From positions 59,706,001 to 59,770,000 of the forward strand of contig CM060731.1 of assembly GCA_030704615.1 (NCBI GenBank): a stretch of 64,000 nucleotides of DNA, read 5' to 3'. Origin of the DNA: Takakia lepidozioides. Its lineage: Eukaryota; Plantae; Bryophyta. Position 1 is the stretch's first letter; each line of letters starts with the position of its first letter. Below are positions 27,560 to 39,667 of the stretch, piece by piece. Under the pieces are notes generated by a model. That model made no database searches and was not told the DNA's origin. It saw only the letters and a list, made by a program, of their open reading frames with translations. The position numbers were made by a program, and so were the translations under genes.

Positions 27560-28559
27560 GACAGTCAGGGGGTGCTATTCTGTGAGCCCGGAGGCGTGAG
27601 CCTGTGAGCCCAGGAAACTGTGAGCCCAGCACAGGCTCACGCCACGTCAGCATACATACAGGGCCTATTTCCGCGGGTGTCACCTATTTCCGCGGGTTGA
27701 TCAGCCATTTCCCGGGAATGCAGAGTGGATAGGTTACATCCATTGTATCCATTGCATCCATGCAGACGTTATCAACATACCAAGCCCTCAGAAGTTTATG
27801 TGGGTACGTCGTGAGGAGGTGCACACTGACATGATCTAAAGCAGAACCCTGCGAAATCTTTTCTTACTCACCACCCTTGCGAACATGCTAGGTATGTGCG
27901 GGAGCATCATGGATGCTCATTAGATTTGAGAATGCCTCACAGCTCTTTGATGAGGTGGACTTCACCGTGATGGATTCACCAACCATTCTTCTAGCATGAA
28001 TGGTTTGGAGACCAACGAGCAACTGATGCGAGAATGCTCTACACGAACCAAAGTCGTTTGTTTGTATTTGCAATGCACTCAAGTCTGTGAGGTCCAGAGA
28101 ACACTAAATAGATTGAAGGAACAATCCGGGCAGTCCATGCAACCCCATCTCCAACAATAGTTTGTTCCCATTAACGTGCATTCCACGCACACATTGCAAA
28201 CAGGACAACAAGGACACACAACCATCCTATTTCAAATTTGGCCCCAAATAAAAATGAAAAGAAAATCATATCAAGTGTCCAGTCATCAGAATCAGTCTCG
28301 ACCTCCTGTGCTATGTCTCCACAAAGTTCTGGCCCCAAACACCACATATTTCTACCACGGCCGTGGATAGGTGGACTCCGAGTGCCATGAAGGCCATGCT
28401 TGGTTGCGAGTGCCTCCGCTAGGACAGGTAGCACGCAAGACGAGGAGGAATGGAAAGAAGTCCAAACAGGCTTTTGTGATAGCCCTGGGAGGCAAGTGAA
28501 GCCGCGCGACTCCCTGACATGTCGACAAAAAACCCATTCAGAACACAATTATGCAATAC

Positions 28560-31500
28560 ACAAGTCCAACGAAAGAGGATGTCTGCCATGTGAAACTTTG
28601 CCTCAAGAGAGTGATCTCGATATTGAAAACAAAAATGCAAGCATGCACAGGTTGAATTACTCACAGGCAAAGTCGGAGTCCAGCTCCTTGTCGGAAGTCT
28701 CCTCTGTATCAATATCAGCGGACTGGGTTCGGAAGGACTTGAGAAGTGTGTCCACCCAAACCCATAAGGAGGTTGTTGTAAACTCAGCATCCCCTTCAAT
28801 CCCAAAGAGAGGTCGGGCACTTGGCCTTGCAAGGTGGTACGAAGCACCTGCAGTGGAATAATAGAATGAAGGAAGCAGACATTGAAGACAAATATGGACG
28901 GTGGGAAAGTACTGAAAAGTGCAAGCTCAATCAAACCTCATGAAATCCGAAATGTTGGAAGAGACGAACCTGTGCCCATTGACAAATCCAGACCTCTGGC
29001 GTCTGTGTCGTGCAGCACTCCACAATCGTTTGAATGATATGAAAGCCCGGGCTCCTCTCCCTCGCCCCTCTCCAAGGAACCCCATTCCCCCTTCGCAAGC
29101 AGACGTTGTTGTAGACGTAGTTGTGGTGCATGTCACGTGGAGGATCTTGTCCTGTCGTCTATGAATTGCCCCCATGAGTGATGGCGAACTCCGAAATGCC
29201 GGCGGAGTCGTGGGGATGCACTGGACGAGACAAACAGCTTCAAACAAACGAGTCTGCGAACAACCACATCAAGAAGGACTAAGAAGCTTAAAGAATAAGG
29301 CCCCTACATATGAGATCGAGCGACCTATACAACTCAATCCGAGAAACAACCAAGAAGAGGAAAGAAGAAGGTAAATTACCATCTCTCCCGGACGATCCCC
29401 CTTCGTAAGGTACATGCTGTTCACACAATTCAATGTATTCAGGACTCTCATGCCCGAGGCTTTTCCAAATAGCTGGCAAGTGAACGGCGACAGCGAACGT
29501 CGGCGGGACTGTATGAGCACCAAACACCTTGCATCGGACAGGAAAAAATTGCAAAAGGAGAAAACCCACCGCCAGTAGCGCTCATCAAAAGCATTCCAAC
29601 CCGGACAAGCATCCGATGGAGGGACATCCGGGACTGCCAACCCATCAGGGATGTCCAAGATTATGAGTTCGGCTGCATATTGCTTCTCCTTCCCGTTCAC
29701 CCACGATTTGGTCATTTTAGCCTGCAAACAAAATTACAATGGAATACTCAAGAGGATTGAAACGATCCATGCCCACTGCAGAGAACATGCAAAAGAGAAC
29801 ACGCACCGTGCCGAGGAACTATACAATCCTCTCCCACACTGGTGATGGCTCGCCCTTGTAATCAGATTTCTTCGACTCCATCATGGCAAGGAATCCGACG
29901 TTGGCCATCTCCAACCTGGTAGGGCGAATGACCCTCGTCGGAGTTGTTCACTGCATGGTACGGGTCCTTGGGATCAACCACCCCTTGTTCTTTCTCACGG
30001 ATCCCCTACCATGCGGTGGAGTCTGCTGGACATGCACCACTGGCCAATATCTGCAACACTTCCCTGCCCTTGTGCCACCTTCCCTCTACCCCTTCCTTTC
30101 CCCACAACACCAGCAACATCTTTCCTTTGCCTTTCTACCTTACCCGGGGTATCCTGAGCGGGAGGCTCCTTCTCTGCAAGAGTCCTCAAATTTCGCTCAT
30201 GAATGTCGAGGTCGGCTGCTGAGCAGGTGCTGCAATTCACTCATTCTCTCCTCAAAGGCACCTCCGGAGCTGGGGTCTCAGAAGGAGGGCAATCCAAATA
30301 CCAACCACAAGAAGATAGATGGTCTGGGCCCCAGTCATGCAAGATCCCAGTAGTAAACATAGTCTGATTTCCAGCAGGGACAAGCCAGAGGTCCACGAAA
30401 TCTGGATGTTTGTCCAAACAATTCTCTTCCATGAGAACAAACTTTATGTACCTGCAGGAACAAAGACAGCCTCATTATGCAATGCAAATATTTGTCTCTC
30501 AGTTTTCCATCACATTCCCCTTAAACTGTATGCGTCACAGTACATTGCAACCACAGGACACCAAGTAAACTGAACTGCCCAGGGAGTGCACCTGTAAAGG
30601 CATCGTTTCCAGGCTTCCTCTCCTTTTTCTTGCTGGTCAAGGTCATGTGTTCGACTGATGCCACCCTCCTTGCTGAACTCTCTAAAGAAACAAGAGTGCC
30701 ACACTGTGGCTCTCCATTTCCTCATGTATGCTTCGAAGGAGACCTTCGGTGCTGTCATAGTGATGCCATAGTCAGCCAGCTGAGTATGCAGAACCGACCG
30801 TGCCCTTTCTTCCAACTGCAAAACAATTCAAATGCAAGAATGAACCCAAAAAAATCACTGCGAATGTGAGAGGCAATGGAAAGAGAAGGACAGGAAAAGA
30901 GAAAAGAAAGTGACACAGGAAAGGACAACACACCTGGCTCCAGTAAGTGGCCTTGTGAAGCCATGTGTCCAGCACATTGTCACTGACTGGAATGACACGC
31001 TGGGTCTTCTTCTCTTTCTCCGGCCTGGGGAACATGTGGTGTATCCCTAACTGTGGGATCGGAGTTCCATATCTGTAGCCACTTCACCTTCTGTTCTGAA
31101 GACACAACGGCGGTAGACAACCTGTGTAACTTCTCTTGGGCCATCTCTGGCTTGCCTGGCTTGTTATAATGGTTTTTTATCTCTAAGAGAAACTGCGCTC
31201 CGAATGATGGGTCGGCAATTCTCAACTGCTTCACAAAAGCACTCATTATAGTCCTTCTTGTAGCGGTCATCTCTTTTTGGATGTGAGTCTCAACCCCCTT
31301 TGCTGTCCTTCTCTCCTCAGGGGTGGACCTGTAGTATTCCAGTTTGCCACGCTCCCAGCATCTGCAATGTCTTGCTGCAAGGGCATGCACGAAAGTTGCA
31401 TGAACCGAAGGGCAAGGGAAAACAACAGAAACAAATGTGGAAGCAAGACTATGGAAAGGGCAGATGAAGGAAGATGTATCTCACCGTGTACATGTACTCC

Positions 31501-32440
31501 ATGAAAGCCTTGCGTGTCAACGAGTACCACGTTTCCAATGTCTTGGAGCTTTCGCACTTCTTGTACGTCTCCGCTGAAAGGATGGTCTTGAAGTGGTCAA
31601 GGGCATCTGCCCGATCCTTTGTATCCTATACAGTGTGGTGAACCAGACTCGTTTTGACATGCGATGTCTCCGTTCCTCTGCAAAATGATATCTGAAAGTC
31701 AGAATGAAATCCAAGGACTTTAATCAAAGAACCAAGGAACTGCAAGTGGAACAGGTAGAATGAGAAACCAACCTGTTCACATCATTCATTGCCGTCAGAA
31801 GACCCATCATGTTCCCCTCACAATCCAGCACCATCGATCGAACAGAGTAATGCCACTCTTCCTCCTGTGAGTGCAGTCTCCCAATAACAGCCATCCATGC
31901 AAGCAATCGGTGGTTCCCATCCCAAACGTGAAACATCTTCCCCGAGAATGCCTGGGTGGAAGGTTTCCTGGAGAGAAGAAGTTCAAAGGATTCGTTCACC
32001 TGTCTCCAAATAGGATCCCAGGAGTCCACGATTGACTCATCCACAAGGAGCTCATTGCCAGTGGAATCCTTTGTACAAACGTAAAACACTGCGGATCCAT
32101 CCAAATACCATGAACAAACTCGGCCTCTAGCTTGAGAATGTCCTTGATGAGGGGTGGTCGAACGATGGGCATGGAAACCATCCTACACAGGGGGAATCTT
32201 CAACCTCCCACCCGGGGCAAGCATACTTTGCACCACAAGCTGAGAGTTACTTCTGACCCCCCAGCATCTCAGCGGCTTTGCTTTCATAGAACTCATCGTC
32301 AACATCAACAATGATATCCTTCCCAATCCCGAAGGGATCTCCTCCGCCACACTTTGCATCTTCTCCTGCAGGGTTGTCCATTCAAATTGACATAAGAGTG
32401 AGGCATTAGACGAGGGGTTTGAGCATGGCAAACAGGCCAT
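28560..32440 (-). pseudogene. ParB-like/beta-class DNA methyltransferase cargo gene, subfamily B (multi-exon, degenerate; limits approximate)
   Basis: GKMFHVWDGNHRLLAW (~31900-31945), AELIILDIPDG (~29640-29675), and PWRGARERSPGF..QTIVECCT...LDLSMGTG|ASYHLARPSARPLFGIEGD with intron 28969-28848 at the same position as in subfamily A. Confidence 0.75.
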
Positions 32441-32456
32441 CTGTGGTAGAAAAGGT

Positions 32457-33215
32457 GAGCTCAAACAGTGTGCGTTGACGCACACTGTTTGAGGTGCAAG
32501 GTAAGTGTTCATTGAACCGTAAGTGTTGAAAGAACACTGTTTGAGCTACCAGGTAAGTGTTTATCGGTCCTCAGAGACATGCCCTATGTGGCATTCTCAA
32601 ATGAAAAAGGCAATGATATAAGGCAGCTCAAACAGTGTGCGCAAACGCACACTGTTTGAGCTGCAGGATAGTGATGATTCAACCACTAATTCGAACCCTA
32701 TGTGGCCAATTTCAGATGACAAGTGCAATGACATGGCAGCTCAAACAGTGTGCGTTGACGCACACTGTTGAGCTGCCATGCAAACTGATGATTGAACCTC
32801 CGAGACCTGCCCTGTATTGCCGAATTTCACAGTGGAAAAACAAAGACAAGGTGTGCTCAAACAGTGTGCGGCAACGCACACTGTTTGAGCTGCCAGATAA
32901 GTGTTCATCTGTCCTCAGAGACATATGCCCAATGTGGCCCATTCTCAAATGAAAAAAGCAATGATAAGGGTAGCTCAAACAGTGTGCGCCAACGCACATG
33001 TTTGAGCTGCCAAGATAGTGATGATTCAACCACTAATTCAAACCCTATGTGGCCAATTTTCAGATGACAAGTGCAATGACATGGCAGCTCAAACAGTGTG
33101 CGTTGACGCACACTGTTTGAGCTGCCATGCAACTGATGATTGAACCTCCGAGACCTGCCCTGTATTGCCGAATTTCACAAGGGAAAAACAAAGACAAGGT
33201 GTGCTCAAACAGTGC
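32457..33215. repeat. Array of ~38-bp hairpin palindromes, AGCTCAAACAGTGTGCG-N4-CGCACACTGTTTGAGCT, subfamily B
   Basis: Full copies at about 32458, 32625, 32738, 32855, 32972 and 33086, and half copies at about 32530 and 33204. Period is ~115 bp, with three spacer types repeated as a ~348-bp higher-order unit. Confidence 0.95.
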
Positions 33216-33899
33216 CCAATTTGGCCGTTTTGGCTACACTTTTTGAGCTTCTTGTTCGCGGTTGATGCAACCTGCAGAGATGCCGTGTGCAGTCTATGTT
33301 CATATCGACATAGAATCTCAACTTGGGTTCACATCAGCAATGAAGCACAAAGATGGGTTCAAAGATTGAACCCTTTTTTGGGCTGCTCCAGAAGACTCCC
33401 CAATCGCCGGGGCCCTTGTGCTTCGGACTGCTCTCCACGCCTCTGTGATCTGCAGCATCTCCCCCATCCTCTCTTCCACTATTAGGTCTGTTCTTGGAAC
33501 TATGGCAGGCTGTTGGTCTTCCCCGGATTCCTGCTCTTCCATCACCGAACTTGTCTCTTTGCCCTCTTCTTCCGCCTTTTCCTCTTCGGCCACTCTTTCC
33601 ATCCTCATTCTATATCTGGCTCTATTCCTGTTTCTAGAGCTCGTGAAGTACAATGATTTCCTTCTCTTCCTCCTCCGCTAGGAAACAAGGGCTCCCACGA
33701 TGCCTCTAGAGCTCTCCGTTTGACGTTTGCAACAAAGGTTGCTATTGCATGTAACCAAAATCAAAATAGGACATTGTCAACGTATTTGGATGCGGGTGTT
33801 GTTATTGTGTGCGAACGGAATTCATCCATTTCAGCGTCTTTGTATTATTCAGAAATAAAGTGCCAGAAAATATGTGCATACGTTGCATGTACTTGTGAT

Positions 33900-34112
33900 A
33901 TGTCAGATGTACTTCGCCGCCTGCCAATATATGGCGGCCTTCTGGAATGGTTTCAAATTCGGAAGTGCCGCACAAATCTAATGCTAGTTCAATTGGAGCA
34001 GTTCTTGCAGATCCCCATAAATGTTGTGCTTCACATATGCATCCACGTGTTCGTACTGCCTGCCCTGTGCTGTGCATTTTGCCGTCATCGTCGCCATGGG
34101 GTCATTCGGTAT
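33900..34112 (-). pseudogene. Possible SAM (sterile alpha motif)-like domain fragment
   Basis: YEHVDAYVKHNIYGDLQELLQLN...ICAALPNLKPFQKAAI resembles the SAM helical pattern; it contains stops. Confidence 0.3.
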
Positions 34113-34544
34113 AAAGGGTTGTGTCGGAAATGATCTTGTGTTGCACACATCCGTGCGAGGTGACTCTGGAGTGTCAGTTTTTTGTGCTGTGCTCTTCTGG
34201 CACGGCACGACCTCATTACATTCGGGGTCTTCTGTTTACTGCTCTCCAGGGTTTTTGCCGTCTTTCCATAAAGGATGGTTTCATGTCATGTTCAGGGTTT
34301 GTTTTTCATCCAAAAACAGCACGGCTTCTTGTGGCCTTCCTTTATTTGAAAACAGTTTTTCTAGTTGGTGTCTCTCAGCGTGGTTATCTCCGAAGTTCAG
34401 TGCATGTCATTCTTACATCCTTCTGATGCATCGACCGCAGCCTTTGGGTTACTGCTACACTTGTTGACCTCAATTTTTTTGTGGTGGATCCCCTTTCCAG
34501 AATTGCGGGCTATCAAATCGGGGGATTCCATTGTGAATCGAAAG

Positions 34545-37500
34545 TTTTGGTCAGCGTAGGAAAACATGTCCAAGGACAAAGATAGACTAGCACGATTTCA
34601 TTCCAATGCAGGTAGTATTCAAGACTGCCACTGCGAGACGACGATGGGTTGCAGTTGTTCATGAGGATGAGCTGGTTACAGTGTTCCCACTGGAATTGGG
34701 TTCTCTGCTTGTTCAAAAGGAGGTGTATGACGGGATGGGAATTTGGATTCTGGACATTTGGAGAAAACATTGGTTGGCGAGTGTGGAAGGAAGTGGAGAG
34801 TCCTTCCAGGCACATACCGGTCCTTGGAAAAAGAGAGAAGACAATCAGCAGGATCAGTCATTACCCCTGGGAACTGCAGCATCGGTCGTGCAGCAGAAGG
34901 GCACAGTTCATGTGAAAAAAGAGGTGAGCAATCCACTACATTCGTGACTCTTTCAGACTCGTCCTCGGAGGATGTTTCTGAGATTCCTCCGCCAGTGCAG
35001 ACTCCATTCTTGGATGAATCCGAATTGCAAGAGATAACGAGTGTCATTCCAAAATTGAAAGCCCTCGCAGGGGTGCCTGGGTGCAAGAGCGAGCTGCGTT
35101 TTGTTGATTGGGAGTCCCTTCGTGTGCAACGGGTTCAATACGTGCCAGCAGAGTTTGATGGGACATCTTGTTTGAGCTCAACCTCCCACGTCTCCAATGG
35201 ACTGGCTGGGCTTCTGCAGGGCATGGACAAGAAACATGACGGACACCCTTGGTGCAGGACAAAAACGTCAAACATCCACAACGACATGATTGATGAAATT
35301 TCGAAGGTCGGATTGCGTTGGGCATTGCAAGTGCATGAATATAACTTGCCCTCGCCTGAGAAACAACGCTCAACCAAACGAGAGTGAGTGGGAAGGTGTG
35401 CCATTGAATCCTTTCACCCCGGACTTGCCCCTCCCAAGACCAATACTTTTGTGTGCAGGTCTGCAAACTTTCCCCGTCCTGTGTTTCTGTGTGCCACGCT
35501 CGTATGTACCAGGTGGCACACCGGTGCAAAACAATGACTCTCGTGCCCTGCATTCATATGGGTGCACACGAGCATCCTGTGTCCAAAGGAAGTTGCAGGG
35601 ATAGCGGGGACATCGCTAGAAATCTGCTGAAGCAGGAGTTCCACAATGCCCCTTCTGCAAACACTTCTGCTATAGCGCTTGCAGCTAGCAAGCTTTCCTG
35701 GAAAAACACAATTGGGTGAAGGGGATTCGACACAGCAATGCTGGATGCAGATTCGCTTGATGCAGTGATGGACCATTTCTCCGTGTTGAGCTCTCCCAAT
35801 ATTCGAAACCAGGTGAATGCACTCAGAGTCGGCACAGGCATGCTGGATTCATGGACAACATTATGGACCTCAAACGAAGAAGAGAATCGCTATGATTCAT
35901 TCAAAACAGTATCTTCCCTGGCCAGGGCTCATCCAAGGTTATTTGTTCAAGATGTCGCAGTGGGCGAAGGCAGTTGTTGTTAGCATTGTCGCCGAATGCA
36001 ACCGGAGGAGATTTGGCTAAATGTTGGTTGATGTTTGATCACTGCAAACGGGTCAAGGGTTGGACAACCATGGCGTGCCATGTTATGATCCAGCGTACCA
36101 ACGTGTGCTCTCAATAGCAATTTGTGATATGCAGTCGGGGACACTGAATCCCAGATGCTCATGTGGAATTCGCTCCTGGCCGTCATGCAGCGCAACGGAA
36201 TACAGAAGACAAATTTTGCGGGCTTCATGGCTGATAGTGCACAGGCAAATTTCAATGCAGTGCGGCGCGTGTTTGGTTCGGGGATCCTAGGTCCCCAAGG
36301 AAAATAGGGGAGCACATGCCTCTTCCATTGGAGTCAATCTCTCTGGCACGTCATACAAGCGGTGCATTCGCCCTGACCTTCAGTTGGAGCACAGAAAGGC
36401 TTCTGTCTCAAGTACAAAAATGCCAACTCAATGGGAGAAGCTGAGAGCACTTACCAAGCAATCGGGCTTGGTGGTTCTCCTCTGGTGCTGCACTGGTATC
36501 ACCTGAAGGAGTTGGAGGACTGGTTGGTTGTCTGGTACTTCAGATACCGGACAGTGGGGAGCTTTCAGGACACGGTTAAGCCTCTCGAATCCCAAAATCC
36601 GAAATTTTGCAACATGCCTCTTCATTTGGGTTCTTGGATTGTCGCTTGAAGAACCTCTTCCATTTCCTTTCCTTCCTCACATTTCCATGCAATGCCTCGT
36701 GCAGGAACTGTCCTTGGAGACTTGGCCGACATGCCATCCTGTAATTTGGCGGAGACTGTTCATAACGCCTGGATGCAGCAATTACCAACGCAGGTCGTGA
36801 CTTGTGTGGCCACGGCTGATGACAGGGTGCGGGCACTCACACAACCAACCACGGTACCGCAATTTTCTGATGGGACGGGGTGGAGGCAAGGGCCCCGGTT
36901 CGACTTTGTTGATGCTAAGGGCTGCGAGTAGGTCTGGAGACCCATCCAAGATGGCCAAAGCTCTGAACGGTGCACTGAAGGCTCCCCAGTGCAATACAGG
37001 CTCCTCATTTGGAAGGCGAGGAAAGATTTGGTCATGCAAAAGGAAATTGAACACTCTCCAGGTTCAGATGGAGATTCCCATCGCCCAGACAGGGTCAATT
37101 CTCTGTGCCAAGGTGTCTCCAGGGCAGACAAGTCATGTGCCGGCCCTTTCCAGGTGGGTCTCTCCTGTGGAGCAGGTGCGAAATGCAAGCACAGCAGCAG
37201 GAATCCATTGGAGGAGGTGGTGGCCATGGTGCAGGAATCTGATTGCTTGATAGTGAGTGGCATATAGAAAGCACCCCACACAGGATCTAGAGTTGCTTGC
37301 ATGGCAATTCGGACCCCCTCTTTAAGAAATGAAAATCAAAACTATGCACAGGCTCCAGGAGGGACTCCAGCTCCAACATTCACAGGGGTGTTCCGACCTT
37401 ATCATAGTGGGGAGTCAAAGGACCAAAGTTCTGGTTCTGCCCAGACATATGGCACGATGCGTCAAGGGAACAGTTCGTCCTTCGAGTGATAATGAAACCC

Positions 37501-38140
37501 CCTCCCCCGACAATTTGGCCTGTTGAAACTTGGGAGTCGCTGTGTCAACAACCGAGATAAGCATGCTGGAGGAGGGAGGGTTTTGCTTGCACGATCCCGA
37601 GTGGTGCCCTTGTGCACTGTCGGCACAGATGTGCCACAAGCCTCCGGCAATGCCTCACCTGGTGCCGACTCCCACACCAACAAAAAGATGGAAAAAAAGG
37701 GCGCTCCACCTGGTGCCGACTCCCACCCAACAAAAAGAGATGGAAAAACAGTGCGCCGTGTCGCTTCGGGTGCAGATCACGAATGCAAGATGGAATCGGC
37801 TAGAATTTTGCAGGCTCGGGTGGCTCGTATCACCGAAGTCCCTGCCCCGGGGTATGGACGGATTACACAGTGCTGTCTATTGGCTCAGTTCTTCATGGCA
37901 AAGATATCAGGTTACCGTGGGGAATTTCCCTACTTGCACTTGTCCGGATTTTGTAACGATGCGTGAGGGCGCTCTCGGCATGAGAGGGAAGTGGGTCCCC
38001 TGCAAGCATCAATATTACATATACCTTGTAATTATGTGTTGCCGAGGTAAGAGAGACCAATTCATTCACCAAGCCACACTAGCTACGGAGAAGTCATCAC
38101 CCTTCTGCAGCGGGACACCTCACGTAGGGCTCAGCCAAAT
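34545..38140 (+). pseudogene. MULE-type transposase (GCM/WRKY-like DBD, DDE, SWIM), heavily frameshifted
   Basis: MDKKHDGHPWCRTKTSN, CIHMGAHEHP, MFDHCKRV, GFMADSAQANFNAV, CLFHW, PSCNLAETVHNAW and CTCPDF...CKH; colinear with the better preserved copy at 60419-63923. Confidence 0.85.
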
Positions 38141-38839
38141 TCTCTTTGAACACATACGAGCCATGCCCACTTCCCATACTGGTTTCAAGGTTACCGTGTG
38201 AAGACTTTGCATTTAGGACAAACACATACATTCGTTCACGGAACCAGGGCAAATGCACATGCATTCATTGTAAGCGTCTATCTGTGAATTGAAAATAGAG
38301 TGTGTCAATCATTCTGAGCTCTATTCTGCCATATTTTCATATTACATTCTTGTGCAGGCATTGTAGACATGGTGCATGGTGGCCCCCTTTGTTTTGTCCA
38401 CGTTTAATAGGCCCTCTTCTGGCAATCCTCGCCTATAGGACCTGCTTCTCCAGCAAATTTGTGCCGCTCACGCTCCTTGAAGCGTGAGCTCATCTCACGC
38501 TTTGCAGCTACAACGTGAGCTCAGCCCCCAGGCTCACGGGGCTGGGCTCACGCCGTAGCTACGCTGAGGACAGTCAAGGACATGACGACGATAGTGATGA
38601 TTTTCAAGATTAATAGAATTTTAATGAACTCTCTGTACATTTAAATTCTATTCCAGAGTATATAAAGGAAATTCTCCCCGTCCTTCATGTCCCTCTCCCA
38701 TGTGCTTCACAAAACGACACATCGCCAAACCTGGTCCCTCCAAAATCGGAAATGCGGCACCGCATTTCAATGTTGGAACGGAAATGTGGCAACTGCAAAA
38801 ACCTCCTTTGGAAATGCGGCACCGCATTTCCAACACACG

Positions 38840-39660
38840 CAAACGTTATGAGGTCGGGCTTCACCCTTCTCCCATCATTTGCTCATAGGTCTCCAAAGCC
38901 TCCATCCCACGCCCCTGCTATGCATACCCTGCAAGCATCGCCCTCCACGACACCACATCTCGTTTAGCCATAGTGTTGAACACTCCCTTGGCATCCTCGA
39001 TGCACCCACATTTGGCATATATTTCCACCAGGGCACTGTTCAGAATGACATCTGGTAATCTGACAGGCATTCACCTTTTTGCCTCGGTTGTCCCACCATT
39101 GACTGGGATCAGAAAAGTATTCATTCCACACCTTCTCCTCATCTCTTGTGCCTGTTTTTGGATACTTTCCTATTGTCACATTGGCAGTATCATGTCAAAG
39201 TCACTCCAATCTATCAAAGATTCACTCAACCAGCTAACTCGCAGAATTCAACATGGAAATTTAGGGATTCTGATAAGAGGGAAAAACAGGGTGAAATGTA
39301 TTGAAGAAGGTGGCCTCATCGCTTGATTTTACCAATTGTGCCGCTGCCGCTGCGGCTTCCAGTTGACCATCTACCCATGCACGTTTCTTGTAGCTATCCT
39401 TCCACAAGGAATCATAGGCAATGTTGTGCTTGAAATGTGGCCCTCTTGGATGAATCTGGACCCACACTCTATCCCTGCTCCTTCAGCTATCCATGCCTCT
39501 GCACAAATCATGCATACATCCTTGCCTGCTGGTAGCAACTGACAATAACAGCCTACATTTGTTCTAGGAAAAACCCAACTCAACTTCTCACTCTAGTTCC
39601 TATGCTCAATTGCATTTCTTACTCTCTCTGTAATCCAACAGGCATTCACCTTTTTGCCAC
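38840..39660 (-). pseudogene. OSB-like PDF-motif fragments joined to a PPR fragment
   Basis: HPRGPHFKHNIAYDSLW...AWVDGQL and EEKVWNEYFSDPSQWWDNRGKKVN, then PDVILNSALVEIYAKCG...DVVSW. Confidence 0.7.
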
Positions 39661-39667
39661 AATTGGG

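Larger units (their letters stand above)
27566..38566 (+). mobile_element. Complete 11.0-kb MULE-like DNA transposon, subfamily B (ParB-MTase cargo plus transposase)
   Basis: TSD AGGACAGT at 27558-27565 and 38567-38574; the empty site is visible in the inverted copy at 17790-17812. Ends are CAGGGGGTGCTA and TAGCTACGCTG, with TGAGC(C) subterminal repeats at both. Confidence 0.9.

Noticed and set aside
23442-32440. Bacterial or phage contamination (ParB plus methylase)
   Set aside because: The genes have conserved GT-AG introns and lie inside plant transposons nested among PPR fragments.
32457-33215. CRISPR array (palindromic repeat with regular spacing)
   Set aside because: Spacers are ~77 bp and recur as a duplicated trimer rather than being unique; no cas genes are present and the context is a eukaryotic transposon.
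27566-38566. hAT classification based on the 8-bp TSD and CAG ends
   Set aside because: The transposase has GCM-like, CxFH, NxAExxH and SWIM features of MULEs, and I see no hAT dimerisation domain.
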